Shown here piece by piece: positions 56,091 to 61,749 of a stretch of DNA of 61,749 bases; within the stretch, counting starts at the first letter, position 1; each line of letters starts with the position of its first letter. The position numbers and the translations under genes are program-made. The notes beneath the pieces are model-generated. The model ran no database searches and was not told the origin of the DNA. It saw only the letters and a program-made list of their open reading frames with translations. Source of the DNA: a virus (taxonomy: Duplodnaviria; Caudoviricetes); the IMG/VR virus record IMGVR_UViG_3300049846_002543, positions 1 to 61,749 of that record. One strand, given 5' to 3'.

Positions 56091-56306
56091 TCAACCGGCC
56101 ATCAATTTCCCTTCCCTAATCGCCTTCCTCACAAAGTACAGCTCTTTCTCCCGCACCAAGTGCCAAGAACTTACATAGCATTTGTCGCCCCACACTGACT
56201 CGATTACGACTGAGTCTCCGTCGTTGTGTGGGCTAGAACGTACGTTTTCAGCTATTGCCACGTCAAAATCAAATTCACAGTTGTCTGCGTTTGTTTGTTC
56301 TGTCAT
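56091..56306 (-). CDS. hypothetical protein
   Basis: Likely ATG 56306; VSSWHLV..K motif. Confidence 0.55.
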   Translation of the reverse strand: MTEQTNADNCEFDFDVAIAENVRSSPHNDGDSVVIESVWGDKCYVSSWHLVREKELYFVRKAIREGKLMAG

Positions 56307-56321
56307 ACTGCTACTACCCAA

Positions 56322-56948
56322 GTGCTATCCCCCGTGCCGCACAGTCTAGACCCAAAGTACAACATTCACAATGACTGGGTGCGCAATCTGGTCTCCGCGT
56401 GGGAACTCGCCAAATCGGAGCCTCAAACACCAGAACTTCACTTTAATCCACTCGACCGAAGAATTATCGTCGAAATCGGGATTTATGAGGGTGCTTCCAC
56501 AGTTTGGTTCTCCGACAACCTGTTGGAGCACCCCTACAGCAGGCTGATCAGTATCGACCCATTCACCGGCTCACCAGAACAACAGAACGACCCCCAGCAG
56601 CATCCCACGCTGGACCGAATCGAGTTCATCGCCCGAACCAACGTCGCTAAGTCTGCGTGGCCCGGCAAGGTCTCAATCCACAAAGGCTGCTCCTGGGACC
56701 TCTACCCAGACCTCAAGGCCGAGTTCACTGACGGCATCGACATCCTGTACATCGATGGTGCACATGATACAATCTCAGTTATGCGCGACATCATGCTGTA
56801 CGTACCTCACGTTAAATCCGGCGGCGCTGTCCTGTTCGACGACTATGGACACCCCGACGTTAAAAACGCCGTTGATGCCTGTGTTACCGCTTGCGGCTTG
56901 ACAAAAGGCGTATACTGCGGTTGGCAACTTTGGACTGTCAAACAATGA
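56322..56948 (+). CDS. class I SAM-dependent methyltransferase (Methyltransf_24-like)
   Basis: VEIGIYEGAS, SIDPF, LYIDGAH, GGAVLFDDY; likely GTG 56322. Confidence 0.88.
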   Translation: MLSPVPHSLDPKYNIHNDWVRNLVSAWELAKSEPQTPELHFNPLDRRIIVEIGIYEGASTVWFSDNLLEHPYSRLISIDPFTGSPEQQNDPQQHPTLDRIEFIARTNVAKSAWPGKVSIHKGCSWDLYPDLKAEFTDGIDILYIDGAHDTISVMRDIMLYVPHVKSGGAVLFDDYGHPDVKNAVDACVTACGLTKGVYCGWQLWTVKQ

Positions 56949-57034
56949 CACTCCCGCTCTTCATTTACTTATCGATCGCCTATGTTCTGACCTGCTTTAT
57001 TCTCCTTTGGATTGCCTCTAAAGTTCTTCCCTGA
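56945..57034 (+). CDS. 29-aa single-TM peptide
   Basis: MTLPLFIYLSIAYVLTCFILLWIASKVLP; ATGA-coupled. Confidence 0.5.
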   Translation: MTLPLFIYLSIAYVLTCFILLWIASKVLP

Positions 57035-57048
57035 ACCCCAAAAACATC

Positions 57049-57324
57049 ATGTTCATAGATCCGAACTTCGACTCCGTGTACAAGCAAAACCGGTACGAAC
57101 GCCTAGAAAACTGCATCTTCGAATATCTCGATGACAAACAAGGCTTCAGGGATTTGAGCTTAGATCTAAGCGCTATCCTGACTCAAGAAAAGGCGCACCT
57201 AGAGCCGCGACTTAAATTCATCTCCACAGCTTTAGACGCCGTTGAGAACTTTAAAACACAGAAGTCAAATGAACATGTGCCCCAAACACGAAGCCAAAAT
57301 AACCCTGGAGTTCGATTCCGATGA
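57049..57324 (+). CDS. hypothetical protein
   Basis: 91-aa ORF. Confidence 0.6.
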   Translation: MFIDPNFDSVYKQNRYERLENCIFEYLDDKQGFRDLSLDLSAILTQEKAHLEPRLKFISTALDAVENFKTQKSNEHVPQTRSQNNPGVRFR

Positions 57325-57586
57325 AACCTTCGACGGTCTTCCCGAACACACAATCGAATTCCGTATCGACTTTGCGGACATGACCGCCCACGGATGGTTC
57401 GCCTTGTTCGAAAAGATCCTGGGAGCTCAGGGCTTTTCGGAACTCAGCATCATGCGTGGCGCCACCAACCTGGCCTTTCGGGAAGGTCGCTCATTCGAAG
57501 ATATGCGCAAAGTCGCCGAAGAATACGATCTTAAACTGGCCGAAGACCTGGCCAATTTAAATGACGAATCAGAAGCACCTATTTGA
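57269..57586 (+). CDS. hypothetical protein
   Basis: Acidic ORF, likely ATG 57269. Confidence 0.6.
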   Translation: MNMCPKHEAKITLEFDSDETFDGLPEHTIEFRIDFADMTAHGWFALFEKILGAQGFSELSIMRGATNLAFREGRSFEDMRKVAEEYDLKLAEDLANLNDESEAPI

Positions 57587-57800
57587 ACTGATCCGAGATT
57601 CAGAGGATCTGTACGGATCCATCTGGCCCCAGAAGATCGGTCGGATCCTAGCTGTTATTGCGGGAGAAATCGTCGTTTCGGGCGAGGATGAACACGGTGT
57701 GTACGAAAATACCGCAGAAGACACACGCTTGTGGCTCTTACATGAAGCAAAAAAAGCAGAACAATTCTGGGGATTCAGTGAAAAACCTCCGACAGACTAG
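57561..57800 (+). CDS. hypothetical protein
   Basis: 79-aa ORF. Confidence 0.55.
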   Translation: MTNQKHLFELIRDSEDLYGSIWPQKIGRILAVIAGEIVVSGEDEHGVYENTAEDTRLWLLHEAKKAEQFWGFSEKPPTD

Positions 57801-57807
57801 AACCACG

Positions 57808-57975
57808 CTGCCTCGTGATTACACCCGGTGTAACGACGACTCGTGCGAACAACGGCACGAATGCCTCCGTTGGCTAGATAAAGGCGGCGACTTCAACGTG
57901 TCAAATGCTGCAACTCTAAAAACTTCAGATCGCTACTGCCCCCATCTAATTAGTTCTACACACTACTTACCATGA
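57808..57975 (+). CDS. small Cys-rich protein (start uncertain)
   Basis: DYTRC...C..RHECLR...C pattern in the 3' part of ORF 57658..57975. Confidence 0.45.
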   Translation: MPRDYTRCNDDSCEQRHECLRWLDKGGDFNVSNAATLKTSDRYCPHLISSTHYLP

Positions 57976-58202
57976 CCAATCTCACCATGCCTAACAACGG
58001 CGAAAATGTATTTTCCGCCGCCGATGCAATGGCACAGTCCAGCATTGCCTTCCACAGCGGCTTTGACTGCGTCATCCGCATCGACGCCCAAGGCTTTCAC
58101 TACCGAGGGCAGTTCATTGAGGATGCAGGAGAAGCACACCATCTGTTGGTGGAGTTTCTACGCAAGCATCAGCCAGACACTGACTGGAAGCACGCTCAGT
58201 AG
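57972..58202 (+). CDS. hypothetical protein
   Basis: IRIDAQGFHYRGQFIEDAGEA. Confidence 0.6.
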   Translation: MTNLTMPNNGENVFSAADAMAQSSIAFHSGFDCVIRIDAQGFHYRGQFIEDAGEAHHLLVEFLRKHQPDTDWKHAQ

Positions 58203-58217
58203 TCCGATCAACTAACT

Positions 58218-58472
58218 ATGACTGACCTAGAACTGATCGAAGCAGCAAACAGAGCTGGCTTGTGCGTGGCCCAGTGCTGGGACCTTACCGAGCTGTACGC
58301 CATTGGCGCAGCTGAAGAAACAGAGAAATGGATTCGCCATTCGCAAACAGCGAATGAACGCGACGAGAAACAACGAATCGCAAACCACATCCGGTTGCGT
58401 GCTCAGGAAAAAATGAACAACCTGCGCGAGTTCGCCGAGCTCATCCTTGCCAGCGAACGCAGACGACGCTAA
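58218..58472 (+). CDS. hypothetical protein
   Basis: 84-aa ORF. Confidence 0.55.
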   Translation: MTDLELIEAANRAGLCVAQCWDLTELYAIGAAEETEKWIRHSQTANERDEKQRIANHIRLRAQEKMNNLREFAELILASERRRR

Positions 58473-58586
58473 CTATTTAAATATTTAAAAAATACCCTAC
58501 AAGAGTAGCGCGGTAAGCGTAGTGGCACAGTATGATTGCTGTGCAGTCTTCTGGCTGCTACGATTAAACAATCACATCACCTCCAA

Positions 58587-58865
58587 ATGAAACGACTGCT
58601 CTTTCTGGCTCTGACTGGTTTCTTGACCTTGGGCGCGGCCACACCGGCACGAGCACAGTGGGCCATGACCTGCACCCGTGATTTCCGCAGCTCTGTAAAT
58701 CTGCGAAATCAGCCCTCAACACGGGCAACAATAATCGCCTCAATCCCCAACGAGAACTATATCCGCGCCTTGACCTGGGTCTGGGGAAGCGACCAAATGA
58801 GCTGGTGGAAAGTCGAATACAACGGACTTGTTGGCTGGATGCGCGGCGATTACCTCTGCAAGTAA
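58587..58865 (+). CDS. secreted bacterial SH3 (SH3b) domain protein
   Basis: Sec signal peptide ending in ARA; VNLRNQPS...WWKVEYNGLVGWMRGDYL. Confidence 0.85.
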   Translation: MKRLLFLALTGFLTLGAATPARAQWAMTCTRDFRSSVNLRNQPSTRATIIASIPNENYIRALTWVWGSDQMSWWKVEYNGLVGWMRGDYLCK

Positions 58866-58871
58866 AACCTA

Positions 58872-59306
58872 GTGAATCAAAAAGTTAAATACGCTCTAAT
58901 CGGCACAGTCGCCTTCGTGTTCGCTGTGACAGCTGCGAATGTCCTGGGCGTGCTGGTTAACGCAGTCATCCCAAACCCGAATAAAGTCGACCCCGCTGGG
59001 AAGCTAGACCCAGACCCTCAAGAAAAATCCAAAGCAGAATGGCTCCAACAACTAGAAGGAGGCGGTCCTAAACAGGATGCGCAAACCACGGAAACCAAAA
59101 AATCCGAAAGCGGCTCCGAAGCACAACCGGCACAGGCTCAACCCGAAGAACCTTTAGTCGAAACCCCTCCAGAAACTCCTGCGCCACAAAAGGCAACAAG
59201 TGTCCCTGCGGCCCCTCCTGCTCCTAGAGTAGGTCCAGGCAACTTCGATGCGCCTGCACCCTACAGTCCACCGCCGGCTCCACGGACCGGTCCGGGCAAC
59301 ATGTAA
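58872..59306 (+). CDS. membrane-anchored Pro/Glu-rich protein
   Basis: N-terminal TM segment; two C-terminal PAPRxGPGN repeats. Confidence 0.7.
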   Translation: MNQKVKYALIGTVAFVFAVTAANVLGVLVNAVIPNPNKVDPAGKLDPDPQEKSKAEWLQQLEGGGPKQDAQTTETKKSESGSEAQPAQAQPEEPLVETPPETPAPQKATSVPAAPPAPRVGPGNFDAPAPYSPPPAPRTGPGNM

Positions 59307-59311
59307 TTTTC

Positions 59312-60055
59312 ATGAACTTAAAAATGTACGCTTTGATTGGAACCCTTGGTGGTGCCGCTGTTGCCTTCGGAGTGCATCACGGTAAAGGCTTCTTTACTGC
59401 GCGACAAGAGGTAAGCGAGTACCACCAACAGCTAATGCTCGCCATGGAGCAGCCGCTTGAAATGGGCAATGACCCCTCGCGGTCGTATCCGGATGGTTAT
59501 CTTCCTGCAGACGCGACCCCGGAACCCGATTACCCAGTAGAAGCGGGGTCGATGCGACCTTCTATTCAATTCAAGGAGCAGATCCCGCCGCTTCCTCCCC
59601 TATCCAACGCCCCGTTCCTAGTCCTCAAAAAGACCTCAAACACAGTAAAACAAACCAAAGATCCTATATGGAACTTAGAACTAATAAGTAAAGACGGAAC
59701 AGTTTTAGACACCCTAAAAGCTGTAACAGGTCGGGCAAATCGACAAGCAGTGAACAGACACGTCGCGGGAACAAAAGCTCCTCTACCTGCAGGCACTTAC
59801 CGCATAGACCGAAGCGGGATCGAACGAGGACCCTTCGCAGATCCGGAACTAGGCACTGGTTTCTGGGTTCCGATAACCCCTCTATTCTCCACGGGGCGAT
59901 CAGAGCTCGGTTTTCATGTCGATCCGTCCTGGGGCAAGCTAAACGGTGAGTCAGGCACTAGCGGCTGCATTGGTCTTGAAAACACAGACGCCACGGTGAA
60001 GCTAGTCACCTGGATCAAACACTTCAATGTCAGCAAGCTTATCGTCCAAAATTAA
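59312..60055 (+). CDS. membrane-anchored L,D-transpeptidase (YkuD/Tlde1-like) domain protein
   Basis: N-terminal anchor; PLPAGTY, RSELGFH...GTSGCI catalytic His/Cys motif. Confidence 0.75.
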   Translation: MNLKMYALIGTLGGAAVAFGVHHGKGFFTARQEVSEYHQQLMLAMEQPLEMGNDPSRSYPDGYLPADATPEPDYPVEAGSMRPSIQFKEQIPPLPPLSNAPFLVLKKTSNTVKQTKDPIWNLELISKDGTVLDTLKAVTGRANRQAVNRHVAGTKAPLPAGTYRIDRSGIERGPFADPELGTGFWVPITPLFSTGRSELGFHVDPSWGKLNGESGTSGCIGLENTDATVKLVTWIKHFNVSKLIVQN

Positions 60056-60076
60056 GTAAAGTAAAGAAAAATCGAG

Positions 60077-60322
60077 ATGGCTCACAAGCTGCGCCAACTG
60101 CTGCTGGAGCTTGTGGAGGAGGTTGATAAAACAACCCCTCCGCTAGCTCTCGGATGTCTAGCTGATCGTTGTAGGGATTACTTAGACGACCACCCAGAAC
60201 ACTGCCCAACAGACGATGAATTAAACGCCTTGTGGGATGAGGTGTGGGCCGACCCAAACAGGATGCGATATATGCACGTAATATACGCCCAACAAGTTCT
60301 AGAGAAGTGGGGTAACCTGTGA
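60077..60322 (+). CDS. hypothetical protein
   Basis: 81-aa ORF with a PTDDEL motif. Confidence 0.6.
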   Translation: MAHKLRQLLLELVEEVDKTTPPLALGCLADRCRDYLDDHPEHCPTDDELNALWDEVWADPNRMRYMHVIYAQQVLEKWGNL

Positions 60323-60504
60323 ACATAATACACAAATTACAAAATAATCCTGAACTGTATCCTTTATGTCTTACAAATGCCCAAATAAAGACTATATTGG
60401 AGTTAATTGCCAATGAAGTCGAGGAACGTGGCGATAAACACCTAGATCTAGATCCGGGTGAAACATCAGATTGGTTACGCCAAGAAGCCGCAGCTCTCGA
60501 CTAA
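60319..60504 (+). CDS. hypothetical protein
   Basis: 61-aa ORF, GTGA-coupled. Confidence 0.55.
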   Translation: MNIIHKLQNNPELYPLCLTNAQIKTILELIANEVEERGDKHLDLDPGETSDWLRQEAAALD

Positions 60505-60537
60505 CGCAATTCCACAGCGTTATCCCGAGGCGCAGTC

Positions 60538-60693
60538 ATGGACGACCGAACTCGCCAGAACTGGCTCAAAGTAAAAACGGCCCTGGAAGCTGCTGGTAAG
60601 ACTGAGTCACACTTTTATAAGCGGGCCGTCGCCGTGTCAAAAGGGCAAGAAGACCCTGGCTTTGAAAAATATACCGCTCAATTATTCCAGTGA
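60538..60693 (+). CDS. small hypothetical protein (51 aa, MDDRTRQNWLKVKTALEAAGKTESHFYKRA...)
   Basis: Translated by hand; pattern recalls a small cyanophage protein family. Confidence 0.65.
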   Translation: MDDRTRQNWLKVKTALEAAGKTESHFYKRAVAVSKGQEDPGFEKYTAQLFQ

Positions 60694-60857
60694 CGGACTA
60701 CACCCGCACAAATAAATAAGTTTGTCAGAAAGTAGCTAACAAATATGCCGGTACGTATCCACGCAACGGCGTCGGATTCCCTATCGCATTCGGATGCACG
60801 CTCGCCAAGAGCCTTGAACCACAAACGCTTCCAGCGAGAACGGTGTTTACTCCGCAT
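60678..60857 (-). CDS. small membrane protein (59 aa, ...WFKALGERAS...AGVVRHWNN)
   Basis: Translated by hand; C-terminal TM segment. Confidence 0.65.
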   Translation of the reverse strand: MRSKHRSRWKRLWFKALGERASECDRESDAVAWIRTGIFVSYFLTNLFICAGVVRHWNN

Positions 60858-61017
60858 TTACCGCATCAGTAGCCCATTTTTTCTTGCAAAACTCTGAAAA
60901 CAGCGCCTTGCACTCGTCATTTGTGACTCCAAGGTGCTTAGCAGCCCTAGGTACGTTCCATTTTGCCGTGTACAACCGCTCGAAAGGGTCTATTTCACTT
61001 GATTTCGAGCTCTCCAT
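60847..61017 (-). CDS. small hypothetical protein (56 aa, ...LYTAKWNVPRAAKHLGV...)
   Basis: Translated by hand; HTH-like. Confidence 0.5.
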   Translation of the reverse strand: MESSKSSEIDPFERLYTAKWNVPRAAKHLGVTNDECKALFSEFCKKKWATDAVNAE

Positions 61018-61174
61018 TAGCATCCCAGCTCATGTAGACGCTTAACTGTTGCCGATCAGTATCTGATTGAAACTTAGCGACAGTCGTAGGTCCGTTACGC
61101 CCACTCAACTTGATCAATTTAGCCAATTCAGCAACGATCGGTACGCCCTCCGGCACATCAAACTGCAAAGACAC
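60995..61174 (-). CDS. small hypothetical protein (59 aa)
   Basis: Translated by hand from a GTG start; fills the gap in the operon. Confidence 0.4.
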   Translation of the reverse strand: MSLQFDVPEGVPIVAELAKLIKLSGRNGPTTVAKFQSDTDRQQLSVYMSWDANGELEIK

Positions 61175-61214
61175 GAAGGGCTTTTTGAGCTGTCTAAATT
61201 TAAACCCTTAACCG

Positions 61215-61376
61215 TCAGAACACCGAAGGTCCTGAATTATTTAAACAAGGGCGATACTTGATGCCTCGATAGCACAACCACAGCGTTGCACGGTGAACGA
61301 GGCCCCACCAAGCCAAATGAGCCGCCTGATGCTGCTCTCGGTCGTATGTAACACCGCGATACACAATAGAAGTCAT
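61215..61376 (-). CDS. DUF4278-like small protein (53 aa)
   Basis: Twin YRG motifs: IVYRGVTY...LCYRGIKY. Confidence 0.65.
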   Translation of the reverse strand: MTSIVYRGVTYDREQHQAAHLAWWGLVHRATLWLCYRGIKYRPCLNNSGPSVF

Positions 61377-61468
61377 AGCTCTTTAGCAACTAAATATACG
61401 CTAAAGAACTGTTACAACCGCTACGGTTTACTATGTAACACTAACTCTTAAAACTTTATTATTAAAGA

Positions 61469-61749
61469 TCAAGCTTGACGCATTAAATAATCAAGAAGAG
61501 GATTACCGTAAGGAGCTTGAGGAGCGCCTAACGCGGGACGTTGCATTTTTTCCCGCATCAACTGCTGATAGGCTTCCTGGGACATAGGCAGGCGCGGATC
61601 CTCGCCCACGGGGATATTGCCTTGAGCGATCATGTCACCGCCGCCTAACTCCGCCTTGCGAACACCAGGAAGAGCAGGACCAGGAAGATACATCTTGCGA
61701 ATGTCGTCCGCAAAATCAGGGTTAGCTTCGATCAGCCGCTGAACGTCGG
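61469..61749 (-). CDS. hypothetical protein, 5' truncated by the window end
   Basis: The frame stays open to the window edge (DVQRLIEANPDFADDIRKMYLPG...). Confidence 0.6.
   Translation of the reverse strand, partial: DVQRLIEANPDFADDIRKMYLPGPALPGVRKAELGGGDMIAQGNIPVGEDPRLPMSQEAYQQLMREKMQRPALGAPQAPYGNPLLDYLMRQA

Noticed and set aside
1-61749. Stop-codon reassignment
   Set aside because: Core genes are full length in the standard code, and TAA, TAG and TGA all terminate well-defined genes.

Overview
A 61.7-kb segment of a tailed dsDNA bacteriophage, very probably a cyanophage. Host indicators are an NblA-like gene, a DUF4278-like gene and several small-protein families I associate with cyanophages. 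The gene set recalls the Synechococcus phage S-EIV1 lineage, but that is from memory and needs a search. The window has replication and nucleotide genes (PD-(D/E)XK exonuclease, primase-SF3 helicase, ThyX, dCMP deaminase, DUF3310), a head module (terminase, portal, scaffold, major capsid), at least four fibre/spike proteins, candidate ejection proteins, three peptidoglycan-active enzymes, host-stress genes (nblA, dps), four HNH-type genes and a tRNA-Leu(UAA). No integrase, CRISPR array, reverse transcriptase, tail sheath or tape measure was seen. The leading candidate for a novel system is phage-encoded virion O-glycosylation. Four glycosyltransferase-like genes and a GH130/mannosyltransferase-like propeller lie in or next to the head module, with three SAM methyltransferases elsewhere in the window. 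Many putative virion surface proteins are strongly enriched in Ser-Gly dipeptides (a possible sequon), whereas the terminase has none and the major capsid one. Other highlights: an IRMAG peptide shared by three unrelated small proteins, a 509-nt dual-coding portal/scaffold overlap, a kissing-loop leader RNA at 22.3 kb, several apparently catalytically dead enzymes, and a secreted SH3b/L,D-transpeptidase-like operon. All family calls come from reading motifs by eye; no database searches were run.
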